Assembly (NCBI GenBank): GCA_016938675.1
Contig: JAFGUF010000016.1
Coordinates: forward strand, 2,792-66,791
Direction of reading: 5' to 3'
Length of the DNA: 64,000 nt
DNA from: Clostridia bacterium
GTDB lineage: Bacteria; Bacillota; Clostridia; Christensenellales; UMGS416
A program made the position numbers and the translations under genes. Shown here piece after piece: positions 20,242-30,327 of the stretch. Each line of letters begins with the position of its first letter. The first letter of the stretch is position 1. The notes under the pieces are model-generated. The model had not been told where the DNA came from. It saw only the letters and a program-made list of their open reading frames with translations, and searched no databases.

Positions 20242-20738
20242 TGAAACAAAAGGTAATAAACAAGCAGCCTAACGCCAGGCACTGCTTCATATGCGGCATG
20301 GAAAATGAAAAAGGGCTGAAGTGCCAATTTTATGAAACGGATAAAAACGAGCTTGCAGCATTGTTCACTCCGCATGAGATGCACCAGAGCTTCCCGGAAA
20401 GAGTGCACGGTGGGATAAGCGCATCAGTCTTGGATGAGCTTATCGGAAGATGCCTTCAAATAGGAAATCCGGACATGTGGGCTGTAACTGTTGAATTAAA
20501 TGTTAAATTTCTGAAACCTCTTCCCTATGGCAAGCAGCTAAAGGCAATAGGAAGAATAGACAAAGATACACGGCTTCTGGCATTTGGTTCAGGTGAAATA
20601 CTAAATGAAAACGGCGAAGTTGCTGTGTCGGCTACAGCAAAATACATGAAAATGCCAATTGATAAAATAACTGCAGAATCATTTGAAGGGGATGATTGGA
20701 AAGTATATCCCTTGCCGGATGATCCTGCAGAAATATGA
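20241..20738 (+). CDS. PaaI-family (hotdog fold) thioesterase
   Basis: CFICG N-terminus, VHGGISASVLDELIG motif, ~165 aa. Start overlaps the thrS stop (TAATG). Confidence 0.6.
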   Translation: MKQKVINKQPNARHCFICGMENEKGLKCQFYETDKNELAALFTPHEMHQSFPERVHGGISASVLDELIGRCLQIGNPDMWAVTVELNVKFLKPLPYGKQLKAIGRIDKDTRLLAFGSGEILNENGEVAVSATAKYMKMPIDKITAESFEGDDWKVYPLPDDPAEI

Positions 20739-20761
20739 TTTAAGTAAAATTAATTAAACCT

Positions 20762-20801
20762 AAAGAGCTTGTGATTTTTAGAAATTGTAAGCTCTTTTTT
20801 T
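20762..20801 (+). terminator. Terminator after the thioesterase gene
   Basis: AAAGAGCTT...AAGCTCTTT stem followed by a T-run. Confidence 0.5.
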
Positions 20802-21008
20802 CGTTAATATTATACCTATAAATCAAAGTTTAAAAAACAAAGGGGTATTAATTGTAAACATTCTAACAATTTATTGTTAATAATTTGACTTGATTATGAA
20901 CTTGTGTTATTCTCACAATTAGATTGTATAATTTTAATATTCTTATACAAGTAGTAACCCTAAATATATAGACAAGGGCTTAACATCAACACAAAAAGAG
21001 GGATTCCC

Positions 21009-24000
21009 ATGAAAAAAGCATTTGTCGTACTCACTTTAACTTTTGTTATTCTTATTTCACAATTTTTTGGTATAGGCCTACACCTGCAAACTGTGCAGGC
21101 TGCTGACTTAACAGGTACAGCATCTATAAACGATTTTGTGGAAAATCTAGTACTTACTCAGATAAGTCCAAACGATACTCAGCCTCTGGGCAACGATGTG
21201 CCAAAAAACGGCGACTTCAGAATGACTTATTCATTCAGAATTCCTCAGAACTCAGGAATGCGTGATGAAGATTTCTTTTATCTAGATTTACCAAGTTATG
21301 TCCACGTTCCTGTTAACGTTATGGATGTGGCGATAATTGACAGCTCTTACAACTACCATGTTCTTGATGTAAGCATGATGCAAGGGGCCGGCACAGGCGG
21401 CCTGGACGCAATTCGTGTGGATTTCACATCTGATTTGGAGACACAGACAAGTAACTACGAATTCACGGGAGAGTTCTGGTTTGAGGCTAGCTTTGACGAG
21501 ACTGAAGTAGGCACCGGCGGACCCATTACAATTGATTTTGACAGCGGCAGAGTGTCAGACCCCATCAGCATTCTGGTGGATTTCGAGGCCGACCCGCCAC
21601 CGCAGGCTAACTTTTCGAAGACTAATAATTACAGTTCTTCTAATCCTAATGCACTCTTTGACGCTACTGACCACAGGCATTATATTACATGGACTTTGGA
21701 TATAAACAGCAATAACGTAGACATGGGCGACAATATAGTAATAGAAGATGTAATAGATACAACATGGATGGAAATATGGCCCGATATGACTGACCCTATA
21801 AATCCCGTTTATGTAAATCAAACAGTAGGCTCCGCTGCGTATACAGAAAATTACGACAGCGCTACAAACACGCTCACAATCACTTTTACGGAGGCTGTAA
21901 CAGATCAACAGGTATTCACTTACCAGACAGCTGTTCTAACAAGCGCATATATAGATAGGCTTTCCTCGAATAATACTACATTAAGCATAACTAACGATGC
22001 CGAGATTATATTCCCTAATTCAGAAACAATAGAATCCAACGATTCATCCATTTCCTATGCTTTAGATGTAATTAACAAAAGCTTGGATGAATCAGTAGTC
22101 ACCGGGGGAATTGATTATACTAACCGCCTTATATACTGGCAGATTGATGTGAATCCCAATAATTACATAATAGACGGCGCATACGTTACCGATTCTATAC
22201 CTTCTGATTTTACAATGATTGACTCTTCCATCAGATATGAGTTTTTGACATCGGGAACTGTATATACAGGCGGCTCATTTGACGCAACTGTTAATTACTC
22301 CAATGTCGGGCAGGATTATCAATTCAATTTAGGAGATATATCAGAGCCTATAACTATAACATTTACTACAGAATACTCTGATGACATATACTACACTCAG
22401 ACAAACGAAAGCTACACAAATACTGCTTATTTTCATCCACCGGGAACGAATATCAACAGTACTCGTGACAGCCAGGGAGTCGGCTTCAATACGGAAGTAA
22501 TAACAAAAACCTCTACAGGATCAGACTACACCAATGTGGAGCCTGCTTATATAGATTGGGAACTTGTAATAAACCCAAATGCAAGCTCAACAGCTGTTAG
22601 CCTTACTGATATATATGTTGTAGACACAATTCCTACTGGGTTGATTCTTTATGACCCTACAAATGACGGCGATTACTCAGATGCTTTTACATTAAACAGA
22701 TCCATAACCGGCGAGGTGGCTGACGCCTCAATAAGCTATAATACATCAACAAATGAGATAATAATAGATTTCGATACAGATGATACCCGAAGCTTAAGTG
22801 ATGTCCAGATATCTGATTATAATGCAGCAAATGATCCTGATATAGGCAGAGATACTATATCAGAAAGATACGAAATTTCTTTCAGGACCATTGTAGCGCC
22901 AGGATACGAATACTACTATAAGCAGAACGACAATACAACCTTTACAAACAGAGCTGAATACGAATCATATAATGCAGGGGCCGGCACTGATACCGCTTCC
23001 CGCACACTGAGCCCGCAGATTCTTCTTAAGGACTACATGAATTATGACTATAATACCCATTACATTACCTGGCGTTTCCAAGTAAACAGGGATGATAATG
23101 ATATCTATAACCCTTATTTCATTGACTATATTCCTGAAGGATTGAAATATGTGGACGGTACTTTCCGGCTCTTCAGAGGTTCCACTTCCGTCCCACTGGA
23201 TGCTTTCGGCGGCTATATGACATATACAGAGCATGACCCCGTCATACCTAATCCTGAAAACACAAGCCTGAATAGAAGCGGAACAATTGAATATACCTTC
23301 TTCCCGCGAATCGGAGATCCGGGCTACTCCGCTGCTAATTTTATTACTGATGACTATTACATCTATTTCGAGACTGAATTTGTCGACTTAGATATTCTGT
23401 CGGAAAACCACCTCGGCGACGGAGTAACCAGTGATGTAGATGTTTCTAACGTCGCATATCTCCTACATGACCAGGATCACCCGACAATCATAATACAGGA
23501 TAATGAGACTGATTCGTTTACATCCAGCGTAATTGAGAAATCTTCAAGCTACAGCACCGGAAACCAGTTTATTGACTGGGTAGTTACCATAAATAAAAAC
23601 CAGATAGACATATATGGCCCTAATCCTGACCCATACCCCGCTAACAGTTACATCGGTCCGGTAATATACGATACACTTCAGGAAGGCCTTGTGCTGGATC
23701 TGGAGTCAATAGTTTTATATAACGCAACAGTGGCGTCTAACGGCACAGTAACACATGACCCGGCAGACATTGTGCCTTTCAACATTGAGCAGGTAACATA
23801 TGATGCCAACACTAGGAATTTGACGTTTGAATTTCCGAACACAATAAATACCTGTTATCAGATGACCTTTACTACATATATCAGCTCAGGCTATCGGGGC
23901 CCCTTCACCAATACTGCCTCCTTCCATGCACTTACAGGAGAGCCGGATGATGAATCAGATGAGCAAGATGTACTCTTCGCAACTGGAGGCGGATACGCTG

Positions 24001-25295
24001 CAGCCAACATTGGTCATCTTGTGCTTACAAAAATCGATGAGGAATCCCTTGCTCCACTCCAGGGCGCAACATTTGAGCTAATTGATGCAAACGGAACAGT
24101 AGTGGATGCACAGGTGACAGATGCCGACGGCCATGCAACATTCGAATTTGTATTCTTCAACAGAGATTACTGGTACAGGGAAAGCATACCGCCATACGGC
24201 TATTCCGCTGATACAACTACCACTACATACTTCACAATAGATGGAGCCGCAGCCATAGATGAGGGCGAGAATGACCCCGACAGGACAGTATCGCCTGACG
24301 CCATTACAAACTCAGCTAATCCTATAACGGTTCAGTTTATGAAGTATGCAGAGGATGGAACAACAGGCCTGCAGGGAGCGTCATTCGCGATATATGACGC
24401 TGCCGACCCAGCTGCCGTAGTGGCGATAGCTACATCGGATGCTACAGGCTTGGTAACATTCAGCGACCTTCCTGCTAATAGAACATATAATATATCAGAA
24501 ATAGCGCCTCCGCTCGGATATTTGCTTGATACAACAGTGCTGACAGTTGCAGTAACAGTCGGTGATATACCGTTTGTTCCTACTCCGTCAAGCATTACAA
24601 ACGTTAGAGACGCTTCAGCACTAAGCTCAATAGTATTTACAAAATACGCAGAAGACAGCACAACGCCGCTCGCAGGATGTGTGTTTGGTGTATATCCTGC
24701 CGCATTCCCAACTCTGCTTCTGGCTACAGCCACATCTCAGGCGGACGGAAGCGTGGAGTTCTTGAATGTGCCTGCCGGAGACTATGTGATACGAGAAATA
24801 TCCACTGTAAGCGGATATGCTTTGAGTACCGAGGAGCTTACAGTAACTGTTGGCACAGCAACAGGAGCGTATGCAACTACGCCAGCGTCCATGACAAACT
24901 ATCTGGATGGCTCTGTAGAAGTTCAGGTTCATTCAACCTTCTCACTAAGCGGGATGAGCTTCCGAGTAGGGCTTTACTCATACCCAGGTGGTGCATTCGT
25001 ACGGCAGCTCAATTATGTAAACGGAAGCCTTACTAATTTCACAAACCTGCCATTCGGTGCATACTCTGCTCGGATAATGCCAAACGCATACGGACTGATA
25101 GGAACATCGCAGAACGACACCATAACAATCTCCGAAAGCCACGGACATGTCGATATTTATCTGACGCGCAACCCTCAGACAGGAGACAGGACAGCGCCTA
25201 TCAGATACATCTTAGCGGGCATTTTAATTCTTTTCTGGATGATATTTGCTGGCTTATATATAAGAAGGTACTACAAAAATAAATCCATTTGTTAA
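21009..25295 (+). CDS. Large cell-wall-anchored adhesin: collagen-binding-type (CnaA-like) repeats plus CnaB/SpaA-type domains, NPQTG sorting signal
   Basis: Signal peptide. Five repeats with a Y-I-x-W-x-(hydrophobic)-x-(hydrophobic)-N signature (YITWTLDIN, LIYWQIDVN, YIDWELVIN, YITWRFQVN, FIDWVVTIN). Three domains of the type LVLTKIDEESLAPLQGATFEL. C-terminal NPQTG (25170-25184) followed by a TM helix and a basic tail. Confidence 0.8.
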   Translation: MKKAFVVLTLTFVILISQFFGIGLHLQTVQAADLTGTASINDFVENLVLTQISPNDTQPLGNDVPKNGDFRMTYSFRIPQNSGMRDEDFFYLDLPSYVHVPVNVMDVAIIDSSYNYHVLDVSMMQGAGTGGLDAIRVDFTSDLETQTSNYEFTGEFWFEASFDETEVGTGGPITIDFDSGRVSDPISILVDFEADPPPQANFSKTNNYSSSNPNALFDATDHRHYITWTLDINSNNVDMGDNIVIEDVIDTTWMEIWPDMTDPINPVYVNQTVGSAAYTENYDSATNTLTITFTEAVTDQQVFTYQTAVLTSAYIDRLSSNNTTLSITNDAEIIFPNSETIESNDSSISYALDVINKSLDESVVTGGIDYTNRLIYWQIDVNPNNYIIDGAYVTDSIPSDFTMIDSSIRYEFLTSGTVYTGGSFDATVNYSNVGQDYQFNLGDISEPITITFTTEYSDDIYYTQTNESYTNTAYFHPPGTNINSTRDSQGVGFNTEVITKTSTGSDYTNVEPAYIDWELVINPNASSTAVSLTDIYVVDTIPTGLILYDPTNDGDYSDAFTLNRSITGEVADASISYNTSTNEIIIDFDTDDTRSLSDVQISDYNAANDPDIGRDTISERYEISFRTIVAPGYEYYYKQNDNTTFTNRAEYESYNAGAGTDTASRTLSPQILLKDYMNYDYNTHYITWRFQVNRDDNDIYNPYFIDYIPEGLKYVDGTFRLFRGSTSVPLDAFGGYMTYTEHDPVIPNPENTSLNRSGTIEYTFFPRIGDPGYSAANFITDDYYIYFETEFVDLDILSENHLGDGVTSDVDVSNVAYLLHDQDHPTIIIQDNETDSFTSSVIEKSSSYSTGNQFIDWVVTINKNQIDIYGPNPDPYPANSYIGPVIYDTLQEGLVLDLESIVLYNATVASNGTVTHDPADIVPFNIEQVTYDANTRNLTFEFPNTINTCYQMTFTTYISSGYRGPFTNTASFHALTGEPDDESDEQDVLFATGGGYAAANIGHLVLTKIDEESLAPLQGATFELIDANGTVVDAQVTDADGHATFEFVFFNRDYWYRESIPPYGYSADTTTTTYFTIDGAAAIDEGENDPDRTVSPDAITNSANPITVQFMKYAEDGTTGLQGASFAIYDAADPAAVVAIATSDATGLVTFSDLPANRTYNISEIAPPLGYLLDTTVLTVAVTVGDIPFVPTPSSITNVRDASALSSIVFTKYAEDSTTPLAGCVFGVYPAAFPTLLLATATSQADGSVEFLNVPAGDYVIREISTVSGYALSTEELTVTVGTATGAYATTPASMTNYLDGSVEVQVHSTFSLSGMSFRVGLYSYPGGAFVRQLNYVNGSLTNFTNLPFGAYSARIMPNAYGLIGTSQNDTITISESHGHVDIYLTRNPQTGDRTAPIRYILAGILILFWMIFAGLYIRRYYKNKSIC

Positions 25296-25322
25296 AACGG
25301 ATATAAATATTTAAAAAGAGGG

Positions 25323-25366
25323 CTGTTACAGTACTTAGCTGTAGCAGCCCTCTTTCATGTATTCTA
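25323..25366. terminator. Bidirectional terminator between the adhesin and the convergent oxidoreductase operon
   Basis: AGAGGGCTGTTACAG-(7 nt)-CTGTAGCAGCCCTCT: a 15-bp stem with one mismatch, flanked by A- and T-rich runs. Confidence 0.65.
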
Positions 25367-25374
25367 ATCAATTA

Positions 25375-25908
25375 TCAAACTTGCCTCGAGCCTTCCTCCA
25401 CTGCCTTTTCGTTTATAGGGATTAGGTCCAGTTTCTTTTCTCCCAGCACTTTTTTAAGGGATTCAATTATTGTTTCAGCTTTAACAACATTTGTTGTTTT
25501 AATGTATGCACCCATTACCACCATTCCTGCAACTTTTGAATTCCCCAGCTCTACTGCTGTTTCATTCGCCTTTATGTAGTGCACGTTAATATCATCCCTA
25601 TTTGCTTTTCTTTCGATTAAGGAGGAATTTATAAATAAGTTTCCGCCTTTCTTAACACGGGGCTCGAACTTATCAAGAGAAGGGAGATTCATCGCAATGA
25701 CTGTATCGGCTTCGGAAATTATCGGTGCTGCAATCGGTTCATCTGATACTATTACCTGGCAGTTAGCTGTTCCTCCGCGCATCTCAGGCCCATATGACGG
25801 CAGCCATGATACTTCTCTGCCCTCGGTCATTCCTGAATAAGCAATCATCTGTCCCAGGCTCATTACTCCCTGGCCGCCGAATCCTGCAATGATTATTTTT
25901 TCTGTCAT
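25375..25908 (-). CDS. 2-oxoacid:ferredoxin oxidoreductase, gamma subunit
   Basis: IIIAGFGGQGV motif, 177 aa, last gene of the four-gene operon. Confidence 0.85.
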   Translation of the reverse strand: MTEKIIIAGFGGQGVMSLGQMIAYSGMTEGREVSWLPSYGPEMRGGTANCQVIVSDEPIAAPIISEADTVIAMNLPSLDKFEPRVKKGGNLFINSSLIERKANRDDINVHYIKANETAVELGNSKVAGMVVMGAYIKTTNVVKAETIIESLKKVLGEKKLDLIPINEKAVEEGSRQV

Positions 25909-26657
25909 TTCAGCTCCCCCTCTCCTCTGTCCTTGTATACTCCAAGCGGATAGTAAGGAATCATATTGTCGTCAACCCATTTGAGCGCCTCAATCGGCGT
26001 CATTCCCCAGTTTGTAGGGCAGGTAGAGAGAAGCTCCACTAGCGAAAAGCCCTTGTTCTCCACTTGATTTTGGAAAGCTTTCTTCACAGCCTTTTTTGCA
26101 TTCTTAATGTTTTTTACGGTGTTAAGCGCCGCTCTCTCTATATAGTATGTGCCATCTAAGGTAGAGAGCATCTCGCTGATTTTTAATGGCATACCGCAGT
26201 GGCTTGCATCTCTTCCGTAGGGCGACGTGGTAGTCACCTGATTCGGCAGAGTTGTAGGTGCCATCTGCCCGCCTGTCATGCCGTAGATAGCATTGTTTAT
26301 AAATATAACAGTTATGTTTTCATTCCTTGCCGCGGCATGCACTATTTCAGCTGTTCCTATTGATGCCAGGTCGCCGTCGCCCTGATAAGTGAAAACTATA
26401 TTATCCGGAAGCACTCTTTTAATTCCAGTTGCTACCGCAGGTGCGCGTCCGTGAGCGGCCTCGTGCATATCGCAATTGAAATAATTATATGCAAATACTG
26501 CGCAGCCTACCGGCGCAACGCCAACAGACCTTCCGCCTACGCCCAGCTCATCTAGTGATTCCGCTACCAGCCTGTGTGCTATTCCGTGCGTACATCCCGG
26601 GCAATAATGCTGCGGAACATCCACCAGCATCTCCGTTCTTTTAAATACAGTGGCCAT
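25905..26657 (-). CDS. 2-oxoacid:ferredoxin oxidoreductase, beta (TPP-binding) subunit
   Basis: CPGCTHG, GDGD...NNAIYGMTGGQ TPP motif. Overlaps both neighbours. Confidence 0.9.
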   Translation of the reverse strand: MATVFKRTEMLVDVPQHYCPGCTHGIAHRLVAESLDELGVGGRSVGVAPVGCAVFAYNYFNCDMHEAAHGRAPAVATGIKRVLPDNIVFTYQGDGDLASIGTAEIVHAAARNENITVIFINNAIYGMTGGQMAPTTLPNQVTTTSPYGRDASHCGMPLKISEMLSTLDGTYYIERAALNTVKNIKNAKKAVKKAFQNQVENKGFSLVELLSTCPTNWGMTPIEALKWVDDNMIPYYPLGVYKDRGEGELK

Positions 26658-27724
26658 TACTTTGCACCTCCTGTCTTCTTGATTACATTCTCATATATTT
26701 CCTCAGGCAGCGGAACGACGCCTCCGGTTCTTCCGTAGAAATAGACGGGTTTTACTCCGTTTACAGCAATTTTTACATCGTCTACCATCTGTCCAGTTGA
26801 AAGCTCAACAGAGAATACTGAGTTCACACTGCTCTGGGATGCATATTTTGCTATCGTTTCGCTAGGGAAAGGCCACAGCGTAATCGGCCTGATAAGCCCG
26901 ATTTTTACGCCGTTTTTCTCCCCGATCTTTATTACATTTTTCACTATTCTTGCGGTAGTGCCGTAAGCAACAATCAATATTTCACAATCCTCGGCATTTG
27001 TTATCTCTGCTCTTGTTTCATTCTTGGCTATTTCCTCATAAGTATTCATCAGCTTTATATTTTCTTTTTCCAGATCGTCGGGGTCAATAAAGAGTGAATT
27101 GATTATGTTTGGTTTTCTTTTTCCTTCTGTTCCTGTGGATGCCCATTCCTTATCCGGCACTTCACGTTTTTTATATTTGCCGAATTCTACCGGCTCCATC
27201 ATCTGTCCTATCATTCCGTCGCCAAGAACTATTACAGGGATTCTGTATATATCCGCTAAATCAAATGCCTCCTGTGTCAGCTCAACTGCCTCCTGAACAC
27301 TAGCAGGTGCCAAAACCAATGTGCGGTAGTCCCCGTGCCCGCCTCCGCGAGTTGACTGGAAATAGTCCGATTGTGCCGGCTGGATTCCGCCTAAGCCCGG
27401 GCCTCCACGTACTATATTTACAATTACGGCCGGCAGCCTTGCCCCCGCTATGTAGGATATACCTTCCTGCTTCAAGGCTATGCCCGGCGAAGAAGAACTA
27501 GTCATCACCCTTGCTCCCGCCCCTGCTGCTCCGTATACCATATTTATCGCTGCGATCTCTGATTCCGCCTGTAAAAAACAGCCGCTGACCTGCGGCATTC
27601 TTCTGGACATGTATTCGGGAATCTGGTTCTGCGGAGTAATCGGGTAACCGAAAAAGTGCCTGCAGCCTGCTTGTATAGCAGCCTCTGCAATAGCCTCATT
27701 ACCTTTCATTAATTGCTTTGCCAT
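26657..27724 (-). CDS. 2-oxoacid:ferredoxin oxidoreductase, alpha subunit
   Basis: MKGNEAIAEAAIQAGCRHFFGYPITPQ N-terminus, 355 aa. Confidence 0.9.
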   Translation of the reverse strand: MAKQLMKGNEAIAEAAIQAGCRHFFGYPITPQNQIPEYMSRRMPQVSGCFLQAESEIAAINMVYGAAGAGARVMTSSSSPGIALKQEGISYIAGARLPAVIVNIVRGGPGLGGIQPAQSDYFQSTRGGGHGDYRTLVLAPASVQEAVELTQEAFDLADIYRIPVIVLGDGMIGQMMEPVEFGKYKKREVPDKEWASTGTEGKRKPNIINSLFIDPDDLEKENIKLMNTYEEIAKNETRAEITNAEDCEILIVAYGTTARIVKNVIKIGEKNGVKIGLIRPITLWPFPSETIAKYASQSSVNSVFSVELSTGQMVDDVKIAVNGVKPVYFYGRTGGVVPLPEEIYENVIKKTGGAK

Positions 27725-27789
27725 ATTCTGCTCCTACGTCTTTAGATTTAGATTATTCTACAGGGCCAATCTATAAGCCCGGCATTTTG

Positions 27790-27996
27790 CTACTTTTCCA
27801 CTGTGATGCATACATCAGGACAAATCGTAGCGCAGAAAGCGCAGCCTATACACTTATCCATATCTATACATCTTGACGGATGATAGCCCTTAATGTTTAT
27901 CGCAGTCTTGTCCAACTGCATTATTTCTTTTGGGCATACTGTTGTGCAAAGCCCGCAGCCTTTACACCTGTTTTCATCCACTATAACTCTGGCCAT
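27790..27996 (-). CDS. 2-oxoacid:ferredoxin oxidoreductase, delta subunit (2x[4Fe-4S] ferredoxin)
   Basis: CKGCGLCTTVCP and CIGCAFCATICP. Start set at MARVIV (GGGAGG lies 7 nt upstream) rather than at the longest ORF. Confidence 0.85.
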   Translation of the reverse strand: MARVIVDENRCKGCGLCTTVCPKEIMQLDKTAINIKGYHPSRCIDMDKCIGCAFCATICPDVCITVEK

Positions 27997-28297
27997 TTGC
28001 ATCCCTCCCAATTTTGAAATTACAATTAAATTATATTCGCTGAAAAATGCTTTGTCAAAAAAATGAACTTATACCTTTGTAAACTAGCTGTAAATGTTTT
28101 TTGCTTAATTTTTAAATATAATTTGGGAACCAATACTTGAATAATTTAATCAAACGCCGAAAATAATTAATTTAATTCGGGAAATTTAATCAAACGGTTA
28201 ATTTATTATGCTAAAAATGGGTGTTTTATATATTTGTATATGTCATGCAAAGCTGATATACTTTATATATGATTTTAATCAGCAGGAGGTGCTTTAA

Positions 28298-28867
28298 ATG
28301 AACTTAATAGAATGGTTTAACCAGAATCAGGGCTTTGTTATGGCTTTTCTTACGCTGATATATGTTACCGCTACTGTTTTAATATTGATTTCAAACAGCA
28401 AAAGCACCCGGATAATGCAGCAAAACCTTCTGCTAACTGACAAAATACAAAAGGAGAATGCCAAGCTGGCGCTGCACACAAAGAGGCTTGAGGCGTTTGA
28501 CAAGCTAAACCAGCTTGTAATAAAAATATATGAAGAAGGCCCGAAGTCTGATTATATCACTGAGCTGCTCAAAACATGCACCAATGTTTACTATCTCTTT
28601 GATGATGAAATTGATATCCGTGTTAAAAAAATAGTTTTTGATATACAGCGACTTCGCAGAATTGAATATAAAGCGCGCAGCTTTGCCCAGACGAAAAAGG
28701 AAAAGCAGTCTTTGGATGAGCACAAAAAAGCACTTCATGAAAACCTGCTTGAAAGCTTAAAAGAATTGACCGAGCAGGTAACGTCATATCTTGATATCGG
28801 CGATTCTGGCCTTGATGATGAGGAGGATGACGAGAAGGAAGATGATACAGCTGAAGATAAAGACTAA
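28298..28867 (+). CDS. Hypothetical membrane-anchored coiled-coil protein with acidic tail
   Basis: AGGAGG RBS, one N-terminal TM helix, helical middle, C-terminal DDEEDDEKEDDTAEDKD. No family recognised. Confidence 0.5.
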   Translation: MNLIEWFNQNQGFVMAFLTLIYVTATVLILISNSKSTRIMQQNLLLTDKIQKENAKLALHTKRLEAFDKLNQLVIKIYEEGPKSDYITELLKTCTNVYYLFDDEIDIRVKKIVFDIQRLRRIEYKARSFAQTKKEKQSLDEHKKALHENLLESLKELTEQVTSYLDIGDSGLDDEEDDEKEDDTAEDKD

Positions 28868-29062
28868 TTTCCTGCCTTCGTTGCAATTACCCTCTTAGCA
28901 TCAGAAAAGACTGCCATTTATAATCACTTAATCTGATTTTGAAACGCCTCTCAGCTAATGTTCATTATTTGTTCATATTTTATTAATAAATATCTTTATT
29001 GTTTATGCTAATATCTAACATAAGTAAAAGCATTTAAATTAAACACTATTCGAGGTAAAACA

Positions 29063-29524
29063 ATGATTATTGACGGCAATTTCAATTCTTTAAATATAAC
29101 AGGCTCTTTTGATATGAAAAACAGAAGCGGTGCTCCTGTGTTTCGCGTAGAGCGCAATAAATATATGAGCAGTAAAATATATATATCAAGCCCCGACAAA
29201 AATATTGAATACCTGGGCGAAGTGATGCACTCAAAGGAGAATGATGAATTCGCACTTTACGAGGATGACGCTGAAATACTTCGCATAAAACAGATTTCCT
29301 CTCTTGGGGTTCCAAAATTTGATATATCTTCACCATTTGGCGATTTTTCAGCTAAGTATTCAATTATGAAAAAAACCCTGTTTTTATACGACGGCACGGA
29401 GGAAGTGTTGACATTCAACGGCACTGCTTCTAATTATACAATGAACATAGATGATAACTGCAATACATTCTACGTTATGTCTATCGCCTATGGAATAACG
29501 ACCTTGCTTAATATTCAGGATTAA
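29063..29524 (+). CDS. Hypothetical protein, possibly LURP-one-related/YxjI-like (tubby C-terminal-like fold)
   Basis: Size and alternating beta-strand pattern (FDMKNRSGAPVFRVE, ILRIKQ, KFDISSPFG) resemble this family. Weak, from recollection. Confidence 0.35.
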   Translation: MIIDGNFNSLNITGSFDMKNRSGAPVFRVERNKYMSSKIYISSPDKNIEYLGEVMHSKENDEFALYEDDAEILRIKQISSLGVPKFDISSPFGDFSAKYSIMKKTLFLYDGTEEVLTFNGTASNYTMNIDDNCNTFYVMSIAYGITTLLNIQD

Positions 29525-29582
29525 AGCAGTTCTTAATTAGCTTTTATTCAAAGGTGCGCTTATAAACAGCGCATCTTTTTCA

Positions 29583-29611
29583 TTGACATATATAATAAGA
29601 TATGTTATATT
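29583..29611 (+). promoter_or_regulatory. Promoter of the infC-rpmI-rplT operon
   Basis: TTGACA (29583-29588), 17 nt, TATATT (29606-29611). Confidence 0.55.
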
Positions 29612-29619
29612 ATCTAAGC

Positions 29620-29757
29620 AAAGTAGAAGATTATCCCTTCTCACCTGATGGTGCAACATCCTCAACAGGTAGCAAAAAAGCATATTACTTCTTATTGAAG
29701 TGTGTTTTAATGTGTGGATAAGTTTTTACTTGTTCGCATTTTTATTATGCAAAAATA
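29620..29757 (+). promoter_or_regulatory. Probable L20-responsive leader of the infC operon
   Basis: About 150-nt untranslated leader between the promoter and infC, in the position where Firmicutes carry the L20 leader. The structure was not verified by folding. Confidence 0.3.
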
Positions 29758-29775
29758 TTGATGGAGGTGTTCCTT

Positions 29776-30291
29776 ATAAAAGAATTGACTATTAACGAAG
29801 ATATTCGTGCCGATGAAGTAAGGCTAATTTCAAGCACAGGAGAGCAGCTGGGCGTAGTAAAATTTGGAGAAGCGCTCAATGCCGCATTTGAAGAGGACAT
29901 GGATTTGGTTTTGATGTCGCCAGACGCAAAGCCGCCCGTATGCAAAATAATGGACTACGGCAAATATCGCTTTGAGCAATCAAAAAAGGAAAAGGAAGCG
30001 AAGAAGAAACAGAACGTAATTGAAATTAAAGAGGTGCGACTATCTCCTTCAATTGAGGAGCATGATATCAACGTAAGGGTCAAAAACACGCAGAAGTTTT
30101 TAAAGCAAGGCAACAAAGTAAAGGTAAGCATTCGCTTTAAAGGCAGGCAGATGGCCCATACTGCGCTTGGTTTCGATGTGATGAACGACTTCGCAAAAAG
30201 ACTGGAAGATGATTGCGTTGTAGAATCCAAACCAAAGCTTGACGGACGCAACATGATGATGATGCTAAGCGCCGAAACAAAGAAAAAATAA
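29776..30291 (+). CDS. infC: Translation initiation factor IF-3, probable non-canonical ATA start
   Basis: KELTINEDIRADEVRLIS...KPPVCKIMDYGKYRFE...VKEVRLSPSIEEHD. GGAGGTG at 29763-29769 lies 6-8 nt before ATA at 29776. The TTG/ATG at 29758/29761 overlap the SD and have none of their own. Confidence 0.85.
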   Translation: MKELTINEDIRADEVRLISSTGEQLGVVKFGEALNAAFEEDMDLVLMSPDAKPPVCKIMDYGKYRFEQSKKEKEAKKKQNVIEIKEVRLSPSIEEHDINVRVKNTQKFLKQGNKVKVSIRFKGRQMAHTALGFDVMNDFAKRLEDDCVVESKPKLDGRNMMMMLSAETKKK

Positions 30292-30327
30292 TTTATAGTT
30301 CTGCTATAAACGAGAGGAGTGACTGAC

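Noticed and set aside
24332-25036. Several 100-130-aa ORFs on both strands within the adhesin 3' region
   Set aside because: They are embedded in or antisense to the continuous 1428-aa adhesin frame. Locally higher GC keeps the alternative frames open.
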